From Rhodoglobus sp. (GTDB lineage: Bacteria > Actinomycetota > Actinomycetes > Actinomycetales > Microbacteriaceae): a stretch of DNA of 64,000 nucleotides. Every line of letters begins with the position of its first letter. Position 1 is the stretch's first letter. Of the stretch, positions 23,448 to 32,866 are shown piece by piece. The stretch lies in NCBI GenBank assembly GCA_051646885.1, contig JBOFDJ010000074.1, positions 6,756-70,755 of the forward strand, written 5' to 3'. The position numbers were made by a program, and so were the translations under genes. Below the pieces are notes generated by a model. That model worked only from the letters and a program-made list of their open reading frames with translations. It was not told where the DNA came from and searched no databases.

Positions 23448-24573
23448 TTCCTCCGGACAGCTCGATGCCTCGGTCGCGACCAAATATCACATCGTTGATG
23501 ACCCTCGACTCGTGCGTGAAGTCTTTAATCGTGCTGACAGTTTTGCAGCGTCTAATGCACTCACAGCAGTGACGCCACTCACTGCCCAGAGCCTTCGTGT
23601 TCTCACCGAGGTGGGTTTTGCGCTCCCACCGGTTTTAGCCAATAATGACGGCGATTCACATCGTGGAATTCGTCGCGTGGTCAGTAGTTTTTTCACCCCG
23701 GCAATCGTGGCGGGCATCGAGCCACGGATCCGTGAGTTGGCGCGGGTTGCTGTAGCATGTGCATCCGAGCTGCTGGAGACTCAGGGCTCGGTTGATTTGG
23801 CGCAGACGGTGACGGCAGAGCCTCCGGCAATCCTCATGCTCGACATGCTGGGCTTGCCGACTACCGACCTTAAGCTCCTTAAGGCGTGGAGCAGAGATTC
23901 CCTTGAGCTGTTTTGGGGCTGGCCAGATAGTGAGCGTCAATGTGACCTCGCCCATAGTGCTGCCGAGTTTTACGAATGGCTGTGTGATCTCGTTCTGGTT
24001 TCTCTCAGCGATGGTTCCGACAACCTATTCCGAGCGTTATCTCAGCATGGCCTGTCGCAGGAAGAGGTCTGCTCGATTGGTTATTTTCTTCTCATCGCCG
24101 CTCAAGAAACCACCTCCCAGCTTGCCAGTACCGCTCTGATCAGAGTGCTCGATGGTACCGTTGGTCCTTCTTGGGGGTTGACCGCTGACCGGAAGGTTGC
24201 GACAGCAGCTATTCGTTATGTCTTGGCTCACGACTCTTCGGGCCCAACAGCTCGCCGGGTTGCCCGTCACGATATCGAGTTTGATGGGGCGCTGATACCT
24301 GCTGGTGCAGAGATACTACTTGAACTTACGGGTCATCACGGTCCTGGTGCGACGGAAAGTTCTTACAGCATCGCCTTTGGTTCTGGGATGCATCGATGTA
24401 TCGGAGCCAGGCTGGCTGAGCTAGAAGCAACGGTAATTCTCCAGGAGACCGCTACAGGTCTTCCACAGATAGGTCTGATCAACTCGGTAACACCATGGAG
24501 AAGACTGCTGTCATTCCGGGCCCCTGAGTCGGTAGTTGTTGAGCAACCCCAGGAACTACAATATTCTTTTTAG
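23440..24573 (+). CDS. Divergent cytochrome P450, last gene of the biotin operon
   Basis: Heme motif FGSGMHRCIG, I-helix AAQETT; ATG at 23440 overlaps the bioD stop by 8 nt. Confidence 0.9.
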   Translation: MPDSSGQLDASVATKYHIVDDPRLVREVFNRADSFAASNALTAVTPLTAQSLRVLTEVGFALPPVLANNDGDSHRGIRRVVSSFFTPAIVAGIEPRIRELARVAVACASELLETQGSVDLAQTVTAEPPAILMLDMLGLPTTDLKLLKAWSRDSLELFWGWPDSERQCDLAHSAAEFYEWLCDLVLVSLSDGSDNLFRALSQHGLSQEEVCSIGYFLLIAAQETTSQLASTALIRVLDGTVGPSWGLTADRKVATAAIRYVLAHDSSGPTARRVARHDIEFDGALIPAGAEILLELTGHHGPGATESSYSIAFGSGMHRCIGARLAELEATVILQETATGLPQIGLINSVTPWRRLLSFRAPESVVVEQPQELQYSF

Positions 24574-24621
24574 CGCATTTTCTGCGGCTCTTCTCACTCT
24601 CGACCGAACTGGATTTTTGCT

Positions 24622-26220
24622 GTGCTGTCTGTGCACGACCTTGAGTTGCGCGTCGGCGCACGCCTATTGATGGATGAAGTGTCGTTCCGGGTAGATCGTG
24701 GTGACAAAATCGGTCTGGTTGGTCGCAACGGGGCAGGAAAAACAACGCTAACAAAAACCCTAGCGGGGGAGCTGCAACCCGCGGCAGGTAGAATTGACCG
24801 GACGGGTGAGATTGGGTACCTGCCTCAAGACCCCCGTTCCGGTAATCCGGAAGATCTGGCGCGGACGCGCATCCTCGATGCGCGCGGCCTCGGAACCGTC
24901 GCCCTAGGTATGACCCAAGCTATGCACGACATGGCAAGCAAAGATGCAGCGGTCAGCGGCGCTGCGATGAAAAAATACGGCACTTTGGAAGAGCGGTTTA
25001 CTGCTCTTGGTGGTTACGCCGCCGAAGCCGAAGCGGCCTCGATTGCCAGCAATCTGAGCCTCCCAGACCATATTCTCAACCAAAAACTATCGACACTTTC
25101 TGGTGGTCAGCGCCGACGGATCGAATTAGCAAGAATTCTGTTTTCGGGAGCAGACACGATGCTTCTTGATGAACCCACTAATCACCTCGACGCTGACTCT
25201 GTAGTCTGGTTGAGAGAGTTTCTCAAAAACTTTTCCGGTGGGTTAATCGTCATCACCCATGATGTGAATCTCGTGGAAGAGACGGTCAATAAAGTTTTTT
25301 ATCTTGACGCAAACCGTCAGACCATCGACCAGTACAACATGGGGTGGAAAAATTATCATAAGCAGCGCGCGGCCGATGAAGAACGCCGGAAAAAGGAGCG
25401 TGTCAACGCTGAGAAAAAGGCTGGAGCTCTGACAACACAAGCGGCAAAGTTTGGCGCAAAAGCGTCGAAGGCTGCGGCAGCACACCAAATGGTTGCCCGT
25501 GCAGAAAAATTGCTCGCCGGGCTTGATGAGGTGCGAACAGTTGATCGGGTGGCTAAGTTGCGGTTTCCGGATCCAGCCCCGTGCGGGCGGACACCGTTAA
25601 TGGCCTCCAATCTCAGCAAGAGTTATGGGTCCTTAGAAATATTTACCGCCGTTGATCTCGCCATTGATCGGGGATCTAAGGTGGTAATTCTCGGTTTCAA
25701 CGGGGCAGGAAAAACAACTTTGTTGCGAATGCTGGCTGGCGTCGATCAGCCTGATACGGGTCAGATCGAGCCCGGCCACGGGCTTCGTGTCGGGTACTAC
25801 GCCCAGGAACATGAAACTATTGATGTTAAGCGCACGGTCCTCGAGAACATGGTGTCTTCTTCGCTGAGCATCACCGAAATGGAAGCCCGCCGGGTGCTTG
25901 GCTCCTTTCTTTTCACGGGAGACGATGGTCATAAGCTTGCCGGGGTGCTCTCCGGCGGAGAGAAAACCAGATTAGCTCTCGCGATGATCGTCGTCAGTGG
26001 GGCGAATGTGCTTTTGCTGGATGAGCCGACCAACAACCTCGATCCGGCCAGTCGTGAAGAGATTCTGGGTGCTTTAGCAAGCTACAGCGGGGCGGTAGTT
26101 CTGGTGAGTCATGATGAGGGAGCAGTAGAAGCACTCAACCCCGAGCGCGTGCTTATTTTACCCGACGGCGTTGAGGACCATTGGAATAAAGACTACGCAG
26201 AGCTGATTTCACTCGCCTAG
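24622..26220 (+). CDS. ABC-F family ATP-binding protein
   Basis: Two ABC domains (GRNGAGKTT/LSGGQ/LDEPTNHLD and GFNGAGKTT/LSGGE/LDEPTNNLD), charged linker, no TM segments. Confidence 0.95.
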   Translation: MLSVHDLELRVGARLLMDEVSFRVDRGDKIGLVGRNGAGKTTLTKTLAGELQPAAGRIDRTGEIGYLPQDPRSGNPEDLARTRILDARGLGTVALGMTQAMHDMASKDAAVSGAAMKKYGTLEERFTALGGYAAEAEAASIASNLSLPDHILNQKLSTLSGGQRRRIELARILFSGADTMLLDEPTNHLDADSVVWLREFLKNFSGGLIVITHDVNLVEETVNKVFYLDANRQTIDQYNMGWKNYHKQRAADEERRKKERVNAEKKAGALTTQAAKFGAKASKAAAAHQMVARAEKLLAGLDEVRTVDRVAKLRFPDPAPCGRTPLMASNLSKSYGSLEIFTAVDLAIDRGSKVVILGFNGAGKTTLLRMLAGVDQPDTGQIEPGHGLRVGYYAQEHETIDVKRTVLENMVSSSLSITEMEARRVLGSFLFTGDDGHKLAGVLSGGEKTRLALAMIVVSGANVLLLDEPTNNLDPASREEILGALASYSGAVVLVSHDEGAVEALNPERVLILPDGVEDHWNKDYAELISLA

Positions 26221-26232
26221 GTGCAGGCCTGC

Positions 26233-27078
26233 TCACGATCTTTCTGAGTCCAGGATCGAATCTTCGATTTCGGCATCCTTGAGGGGTTTTGATGCGTTAC
26301 GACGGTCTCTGATCGTGGCCCGCTGGCGCTCTTGAGGGTGGTCAGCATTTTTGATTCGATATTCTTGACGCACAGCCCACCCCAGTCCGAGGAAGGCCAA
26401 GAGAGCGAACACAAGCCACTGTAGGGCGTATGACAGATGCGGTCCTTCGTCGGGGATCGGTGCCGTCATCGGCAACGGTCGTGGTGCAGCTTCTGGGTCT
26501 TCGCGGGAGAGCAGTCCGTACACGCCGCTATACATTGGTTTGTCGAGGGTGGCAGAGATCATCGGCACATTGATGGTGGCAATCTGGCCTTCGGGCGCTG
26601 ATCTTCCCGCAATCAGCGGTTCGCTAGCTCTCAGCCGCGCCGTCACGGTGACTTCGCCAGTGGGGACCGCGGGGATCAGATCCGGTTCATCCTGTTTATT
26701 GCCGACCGGGAGCCAGCCTCGATTGATAAGAAAAATTTTTCCATCAGCACGCTCAAGTGGAACAAGTTGTTCGAATCCTGGGCTTCCTTCTCGGGGACGT
26801 CCGCGGACTAGAAGTTCTTCGCTATGGAGGTACCGTCCGGTGATCGTCACGGGACGCCACTGGTCATCCTCGGTGAAACTCTCGAGCCCCGGAAGCACTT
26901 CATTCAGGGGTTGTGGCGTTTTTGTCCAGTTAGCAGCTACCCGCTCGATTTCAGCGCGAGCCTCTTCCCGGCGAGTAAGCTGCCATTGCGATAGGCCAAT
27001 GCAGCCCACGACAAACACGATCACCAACGCTAAATAGCCCATCCAGTTTCGAGAAAAAACAAAGCTCCAACGCTTCAC
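26233..27078 (-). CDS. SURF1 family protein
   Basis: N-terminal TM then WQLTRR, LINRGW, GPHLSYALQW and a C-terminal TM. Confidence 0.9.
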   Translation of the reverse strand: MKRWSFVFSRNWMGYLALVIVFVVGCIGLSQWQLTRREEARAEIERVAANWTKTPQPLNEVLPGLESFTEDDQWRPVTITGRYLHSEELLVRGRPREGSPGFEQLVPLERADGKIFLINRGWLPVGNKQDEPDLIPAVPTGEVTVTARLRASEPLIAGRSAPEGQIATINVPMISATLDKPMYSGVYGLLSREDPEAAPRPLPMTAPIPDEGPHLSYALQWLVFALLAFLGLGWAVRQEYRIKNADHPQERQRATIRDRRNASKPLKDAEIEDSILDSERS

Positions 27079-27305
27079 GATGGCACCATATCGAGTGTGT
27101 GACCGAGGTCAGTTACGAGCACAGGAAAGCCACGGGACGCAAGATAATCACGCAAGTATTCAGTGTGTTCGGTACAGGCCAGCCAGATTTTTACTCGATC
27201 AACCGGGTGAATTCGCGGATTACGCCAATTGACTTTAGCGGTCGCCGACTGATGACACCCGGCGCGCGAGCATTGTACGTTAGCTGTCGTTTCGATGCCC
27301 ATCAT
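27075..27305 (-). CDS. Small conserved actinobacterial hypothetical protein (Cys/His motifs)
   Basis: CSRAGC, WRNPRIH, WLACTEH..YL..YL..RGF; overlaps the SURF1 start. Confidence 0.75.
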   Translation of the reverse strand: MMGIETTANVQCSRAGCHQSATAKVNWRNPRIHPVDRVKIWLACTEHTEYLRDYLASRGFPVLVTDLGHTLDMVPS

Positions 27306-27318
27306 GACCACAAACCGA

Positions 27319-27603
27319 TCACCGTTCATCCTTGTCTGAGGCGGTGTGTTCGGCAAGAACAATAGACCCTGGACGAATAACGGTGTCGGACTCCCGCGCT
27401 CCTACGTTGGCGAGGATGACGGCTATGTAGGGCAGTACAATGGCGGCCATAACGCAGACGAGTAGCCACCACCCCTGTGCAAAGAAGCAGGCAATAACAC
27501 AAGCGACCCGGATGCTCATTGCAATGCCGTAGCGGATAACTCTGCGCTGTCGATCATCGTCAGGGGACTGAGGAAGCGCCGTTATCGACTGTTTTTGTTT
27601 CAC
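27319..27603 (-). CDS. DUF3099 membrane protein
   Basis: SITALP...RQRR..RY..AMSIRVAC...A..LPYIAV..AN pattern. Confidence 0.85.
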   Translation of the reverse strand: MKQKQSITALPQSPDDDRQRRVIRYGIAMSIRVACVIACFFAQGWWLLVCVMAAIVLPYIAVILANVGARESDTVIRPGSIVLAEHTASDKDER

Positions 27604-27649
27604 TGTGCCTGCTTCGCTCTGATTATCGAATATACGCTAGTACAGAGCC

Positions 27650-27675
27650 AGGCTGGAACTCACTTGTTCCAGCCT
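27650..27675. promoter_or_regulatory. 10-bp perfect inverted repeat between divergent DUF3099 and fabG
   Basis: AGGCTGGAAC-N6-GTTCCAGCCT, overlapping a minus-strand TAGGCT -10-like box. Confidence 0.45.
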
Positions 27676-27708
27676 ACGTCGCCACTCCTGCGGCGATAAG
27701 CTGATTGT

Positions 27709-28443
27709 ATGAGCGCCACTGCAACGTCCAGCGAATTTTTTCCCAGGACTGTCCTGGTCACCGGAGGAAATCGCGGAATTGGATGGGCGATTGCCGAAGA
27801 GTTTGTGAGATTAGGGCACCGGGTAGCGGTAACAGCTCGCGCCGGAACTGGACCTCAAGGGTGCCTTACCGTCATCGCAGATGTTACTGACCCCTCTAGT
27901 ATTGATGCGGCTTTCACGGAGGTGGAGGCCAAACTCGGGCCGGTAGAGGTGGTGATCGCCAATGCTGGGATCACTCGCGATACCTTGTTGATCAGGATGA
28001 CCGAGGAAGACTTTACTGACGTGATTGACACGAATCTGTCGGGGACATTCAGGGTTGTTAAGCGAGCCTCAAAGAACATGATGAGGGCCCGTTTTGGGCG
28101 CATCATTTTGGTGTCCAGTGTTGTTGGTCTCCTCGGCTCCGCTGGCCAGGTAAATTATTCTGCCTCCAAGAGTGGTCTTATTGGCATGGCTCGTTCTCTG
28201 ACCCGCGAATTAGCCGGTCGAGGGATCACCGCTAATGTCGTTGCTCCCGGGTTCATTGAAACCGATATGACCGCTGAACTGCCGCAGGAGCAACAAAAAG
28301 AGTATGTCAAGCAGATTCCCGCAGGACGTTTCGCTAGCCCGATCGAGGTGGCGCGTATCGTGAGGTGGCTTGCTAGCGACGAGGCGAGCTACATTTCTGG
28401 GGCGGTTATTCCTATTGACGGAGGCCTCGGAATGGGCCACTAG
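27709..28443 (+). CDS. fabG: 3-oxoacyl-ACP reductase (FabG1/MabA-like SDR)
   Basis: TGGNRGIG, NAGITRD, YSASK, NVVAPGFIETDMT. Confidence 0.93.
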   Translation: MSATATSSEFFPRTVLVTGGNRGIGWAIAEEFVRLGHRVAVTARAGTGPQGCLTVIADVTDPSSIDAAFTEVEAKLGPVEVVIANAGITRDTLLIRMTEEDFTDVIDTNLSGTFRVVKRASKNMMRARFGRIILVSSVVGLLGSAGQVNYSASKSGLIGMARSLTRELAGRGITANVVAPGFIETDMTAELPQEQQKEYVKQIPAGRFASPIEVARIVRWLASDEASYISGAVIPIDGGLGMGH

Positions 28444-29096
28444 CTTCTTCTGTTGTGCGTTGAGCCTAACCCTAGGAGGGGAAGAACTTGTCGAAGATCT
28501 CGAACATCGATGAGCACACTGGCTCGCTCGCGAACAGAGGCCTTGGCATCGAAACCTACTGAGAGCCCGGCACACTCCATCATGCGTAGGTCATTGGCAC
28601 CGTCCCCTACAGCTACTGTGCGAGAGAGGGGGACATCGAACTCCGCTGCCCATTCTTTTAGGCTTGTTGCTTTCGCCTCGGCATCGATGATGGGGCCGAT
28701 CAGGCGACCGGTGAGAATCCCACCGATGACCTCAAGCCGATTGGCTCGGCAATAATCAATGCTGAGTTTATCGGCAAGAGGATCGATCACCTCATGAAAT
28801 CCACCAGACACGACACCTACTCGTCCCTGTGCGGTATGGATAGCGTCGACCATGTCGGCAGCACCGGTCGTTATTCGCACTTGCGCTCGCACAGTGTCAA
28901 AGACGGAGTGAGGAAGGCCCGCCAGTGTCGCGACACGCGCCAGCAGGCTTTCCTCGAAATCAAGCTCACCATTCATGGCTTTTAGTGTGATCTGCGCAAC
29001 TTCAGCATGTGTTCCTGCCTGTGCGGCTAGTAGTTCGATCACCTCATCTTCGATCAGTGTCGAATCGACATCAAGAACTACAAGGAAGCTGGGCAT
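28440..29096 (-). CDS. serB: Phosphoserine phosphatase (HAD)
   Basis: DVDSTLIEDE, VVSGGF, K in motif III, AVGDGANDL. Confidence 0.92.
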   Translation of the reverse strand: MPSFLVVLDVDSTLIEDEVIELLAAQAGTHAEVAQITLKAMNGELDFEESLLARVATLAGLPHSVFDTVRAQVRITTGAADMVDAIHTAQGRVGVVSGGFHEVIDPLADKLSIDYCRANRLEVIGGILTGRLIGPIIDAEAKATSLKEWAAEFDVPLSRTVAVGDGANDLRMMECAGLSVGFDAKASVRERASVLIDVRDLRQVLPLLGLGSTHNRRS

Positions 29097-29128
29097 GGAA
29101 TGATGGGGCCTTCCTTGACATAAAAGAC

Positions 29129-30367
29129 TTAGGTGACGACTACACCTTTGCCGACTACAGTGATTCCAGTTTCCGTGACAGTAAAGCCGCGCGCACGATC
29201 AGCTTCATGATCCACACCAACGCTGGCACCTTCACGGATCACGACTTCTTTGTCGAGGATAGCGCGTCGCACAGTCACATTGGGGTGAATCCGGGTGCGC
29301 TCGAACACCACTGAGTCGATGACGCTGGCTCCCGATTCGAGAGAAACCCAGGGACCAATCATGCTGCGCTCAATATGGGCTCCGGAGATCACGCAGCCGA
29401 GTGAAACAATCGAGTCGATGGTGGTGCCTTGATTGCCCCGACTATCACGCACGAATTTGGCCGGAGGTGAGTTAAGTTGCTGGCTGAAAATAGGCCATTC
29501 AGTGTTGTAGAGATTGAAGATGGGTAGTGCCGCAATGAGGTCTTGGTGGGCATCGAAGAACGATTCGATCGTGCCGACATCCCTCCAGTAGAAACGATCT
29601 CGTTCGGTGGACCCCGGGACATCATTGCGATTGAGGTCATAGACTCCAGCGAGCCCCCGAGAAACAAAGTCAGGGACGATATCGCCACCCATGTCATGGT
29701 TCGAATCCGAACGTTCCCCATCTCGTTGCACAGCATCCATGAGAACATCAGCGGTAAAAATATAGTTTCCCATTGATGCCAACACTTCACCGGGTGAATC
29801 AGAAAGTCCAGTTGGTTTTTGTGGTTTCTCGTGAAAGGCTGCGATCTTCGATGGATTGTCAGGATCAACTTCAATCACCCCGAACTGGTCGGCAAGGGCG
29901 ATAGGCTGCCGAATTGCAGCAACGGTAACCCCGAAACCCGTAGCAAGGTGAGCCTCAACCATTTGACTAAAATCCATCCGGTACACGTGGTCAGCACCGA
30001 CGACGATGACAATATCCGGTTTTTCGTCTCGGAGAAGGTTCAAACTTTGCAGGATTGCATCGGCGGAACCACTAAACCAGCGTTTCCCCAGTCTTTGCTG
30101 CGCCGGCACGGAGGCCACATAAGAATTTAACATTCCGCTGAGTCGCCACGTCTGGGAAATATGTCTGTCGAGGCTGTGAGATTTATATTGCGTCAATACG
30201 ACAATCTGACGAAGTCCAGAGTTGATGAGATTGCTGAGAGCGAAATCGATCAGTCGATAGCCACCAGCAAAAGGTACAGCTGGCTTTGCCCGATCTGCCG
30301 TAAGAGGCATAAGACGCTTACCTTCACCGCCAGCGAGGACGATACCGAAGATCTTGTGTGATGGCAT
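29129..30367 (-). CDS. glgC: Glucose-1-phosphate adenylyltransferase
   Basis: [42 protein letters not shown]. Confidence 0.98.
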   Translation of the reverse strand: MPSHKIFGIVLAGGEGKRLMPLTADRAKPAVPFAGGYRLIDFALSNLINSGLRQIVVLTQYKSHSLDRHISQTWRLSGMLNSYVASVPAQQRLGKRWFSGSADAILQSLNLLRDEKPDIVIVVGADHVYRMDFSQMVEAHLATGFGVTVAAIRQPIALADQFGVIEVDPDNPSKIAAFHEKPQKPTGLSDSPGEVLASMGNYIFTADVLMDAVQRDGERSDSNHDMGGDIVPDFVSRGLAGVYDLNRNDVPGSTERDRFYWRDVGTIESFFDAHQDLIAALPIFNLYNTEWPIFSQQLNSPPAKFVRDSRGNQGTTIDSIVSLGCVISGAHIERSMIGPWVSLESGASVIDSVVFERTRIHPNVTVRRAILDKEVVIREGASVGVDHEADRARGFTVTETGITVVGKGVVVT

Positions 30368-30430
30368 AGGCCAACAGTAATGCGAGAGGGGGATCCCTTA
30401 CTAGCACCATACGTGCAGTAACGTTTTGCC

Positions 30431-31612
30431 ATGCGCGTAGACCTGATCAGCCGTGAATATCCTCCTGAAGTCTATGGAGGGGCCGGCGTTCATGTCGCAG
30501 AGTTGGTGGCGGCGTTACGGGGGGATCTCGATGTCGTCGTCAGATGTTTTGGAATTCCGCGGGCTGAGGCGGGCGTACACTCATATTCCGTTCCGACAGA
30601 TATGATCGCGGCAAACCCCGCTCTGGCAACTCTGGGGATTGATCTCCAGATCGCTCAGGAGGTTGCAGGTGCCGATATCGTTCATTCCCATACTTGGTAC
30701 GCGAATGCTGCTGGACACCTGGCATCGCTGCTGCACGGTATCCCGCATGTTGTCACTGCTCACAGTCTCGAGCCGTTGCGTCCGTGGAAGGCTGAGCAAT
30801 TGGGTGGTGGTTATCGGATTTCGAGTTGGATCGAAAAAATGGCTTTCACCGACGCGGCAGCGATCATTGCGGTGAGTGAGGGTATGAGGCGCGATATCCT
30901 CCGTTCTTACCCCTGGTTAGATGAGAACAAAGTGATGACTGTGCACAACGGAATCGATCTGAGCCGCTGGAAACCAGTACACGACGTAGAACGTATTCGT
31001 GAGTTGGGCATAGATCCTGATCGGCCTGCCGTGGTTTTCGTCGGCAGGATCACCCGACAAAAGGGTCTCCCGTACCTGCTTCGCGCGGTCGCTGCGTTGC
31101 CCGCGGATGTGCAACTCATACTGTGCGCGGGAGCGCCTGATACTCCCGAGATACTTGCTGAAGTGCAGCGTGGAGTCCGAATGTTGCAAGCAGAGCGATC
31201 CGGGGTGGTGTGGATTGACCGGCAACTCAGCCAACATGATCTTTCAGTTGTACTGACCTCAGCTACCACTTTTGTTTGCCCTTCGGTTTATGAACCTCTC
31301 GGGATTGTGAATCTGGAAGCAATGGCTTGCGGAGTTCCTGTGGTCGGTACGGCAACCGGAGGAATCCCTGAAGTGATTGTCGACGGCGTCACGGGTCGCT
31401 TGGTGCCGATCACACAACGCGACGATGGCACCGGTACTCCGACAGAACCGGATCGCTTCGTCGCTGACCTAGCGGCGACGTTAACAGAAGTTATCAGCGA
31501 CCCTGCCGCAGCGCGACGGATGGGGGAGATGGGCCGTCAGCGTGCTGAAAATCACTTCAGTTGGGCAAGTATCGGGGCTCGCACTCAGGAGATATACGCA
31601 AAACTCGTCTAA
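30431..31612 (+). CDS. glgA: Glycogen synthase / alpha-maltose-1-phosphate synthase (GlgA/GlgM type)
   Basis: REYPPEVYGGAGVH, HSHTWYA, VGRITRQKG, YEPLGIVNLEAMAC; divergent from glgC. Confidence 0.95.
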   Translation: MRVDLISREYPPEVYGGAGVHVAELVAALRGDLDVVVRCFGIPRAEAGVHSYSVPTDMIAANPALATLGIDLQIAQEVAGADIVHSHTWYANAAGHLASLLHGIPHVVTAHSLEPLRPWKAEQLGGGYRISSWIEKMAFTDAAAIIAVSEGMRRDILRSYPWLDENKVMTVHNGIDLSRWKPVHDVERIRELGIDPDRPAVVFVGRITRQKGLPYLLRAVAALPADVQLILCAGAPDTPEILAEVQRGVRMLQAERSGVVWIDRQLSQHDLSVVLTSATTFVCPSVYEPLGIVNLEAMACGVPVVGTATGGIPEVIVDGVTGRLVPITQRDDGTGTPTEPDRFVADLAATLTEVISDPAAARRMGEMGRQRAENHFSWASIGARTQEIYAKLV

Positions 31613-31644
31613 GCCAGGGCTTTCAGGTCGTAGGCTATTTAATC

Positions 31645-32427
31645 ATGGCAAGTGTTCTTAAATTCTCTGATGTCAGCGTTGTACGTGACGGCAATCCGAT
31701 TCTTGTCTCTGCTGACTGGGTTGTGGATTCTCGTGAGCGATGGGTTATCCTCGGACCGAATGGAGCAGGAAAAACTACTTTGCTGCAGCTCGCCGCCGCC
31801 CAAATGCACCCGTCCTCTGGGCGTGTAGAGATTCTTGATGACTCCTTGGGGAGCGTCGATGTTTTTGAACTTCGCTCTCGAATTGGATTCGCTTCCAGTG
31901 CCCTTGCACGGAGGGTTCCCCGCGACGAGAAGGTTATCGATGTTGTGCTCACGGCAGCATATTCGGTCACCGGGCGGTGGAACGAGTCCTATGAGGAGGT
32001 TGATATCAGGCGCGCTCAACGCGTGCTGGGTCAATGGAGGCTGAGTCATCTCGAAAATCGTCGTTTTGGCGAATTGAGTGATGGTGAGCAGAAGCGTGTA
32101 CAAATCGCCAGGTCTGTTATGACTGACCCAGAACTCTTACTATTAGACGAGCCAGCAGCAAGTCTTGATCTCGGCGCGCGCGAGGAGCTTGTGGCACTTC
32201 TCGGAGGGTTTGCTAGCGTCGAGAGTTCGCCTGCAATTATTATGGTGACTCATCACGTCGAGGAGATTCCCCCCGGTTTTGGACATGCCTTACTGCTCGC
32301 AGACGGTGAGGTGACAGCAGCAGGGCCGATCTCTGAGGTGTTGACCTCAGAGAATCTCAGTGAAGCTTTTGGGCTCTCCCTCAAGCTGACTCATGACAAA
32401 GATCGATTTGCGGTACGTCTGGCCTAA
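31645..32427 (+). CDS. ABC transporter ATP-binding protein
   Basis: GPNGAGKTT, LSDGE signature variant, LDEP, VTHH; start moved to ATG 31645. Confidence 0.9.
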   Translation: MASVLKFSDVSVVRDGNPILVSADWVVDSRERWVILGPNGAGKTTLLQLAAAQMHPSSGRVEILDDSLGSVDVFELRSRIGFASSALARRVPRDEKVIDVVLTAAYSVTGRWNESYEEVDIRRAQRVLGQWRLSHLENRRFGELSDGEQKRVQIARSVMTDPELLLLDEPAASLDLGAREELVALLGGFASVESSPAIIMVTHHVEEIPPGFGHALLLADGEVTAAGPISEVLTSENLSEAFGLSLKLTHDKDRFAVRLA

Positions 32428-32536
32428 AACTTTGGTAGCCTTTTTACTTTGCAGAGTGGAAAGCCGTCCTGAGCGATATGGCTACACTTGTCTTGCCTAA
32501 CTCGTATTTTTATCTGCACTCTCGTAAGGAATTTTC

Positions 32537-32794
32537 ATGAAGACCGATATTCATCCGACGTATAGTGAGATTGTGTTTCGCGATCTCGCCTCCGGGGCCA
32601 CATTCCTCACTCGATCTACTGCGACGAGTAGTAAAACCATTGATCTTGATGGCATAACCTACCCCGTGATCGATGTCGAGATATCTTCGGAATCGCACCC
32701 GTTTTATACCGGTAAACAGCGCATCATGGACTCTGCTGGCCGCGTTGAGAAGTTCAACTCTCGCTACGCAGGTTTTGGTACCAAGAAAGAGTAG
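32537..32794 (+). CDS. rpmE2: 50S ribosomal protein L31 type B (zinc-free)
   Basis: [30 protein letters not shown]; no CxxC. Confidence 0.95.
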   Translation: MKTDIHPTYSEIVFRDLASGATFLTRSTATSSKTIDLDGITYPVIDVEISSESHPFYTGKQRIMDSAGRVEKFNSRYAGFGTKKE

Positions 32795-32802
32795 CCCCTC
32801 GT

Positions 32803-32840
32803 GCAATGATGTCGTCCAGATCCAATAGCGACATCATTGC
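32803..32840. terminator. Hairpin between convergent rpmE2 and the exonuclease gene
   Basis: 12-bp perfect inverted repeat GCAATGATGTCG / CGACATCATTGC; no U-tract. Confidence 0.6.
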
Positions 32841-32866
32841 TTAACGACAGCGGTCGTTGACCTTGC

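Noticed and set aside
24726-25718. Identical 21-mer CAACGGGGCAGGAAAAACAAC at 24726 and 25698
   Set aside because: Both copies encode the Walker A motifs of the two ABC-F domains.
32428-32794. Zur-regulated alternative ribosomal protein locus
   Set aside because: L31 type B is present, but I found no Zur-like palindrome upstream and no other zinc-free ribosomal protein genes nearby.
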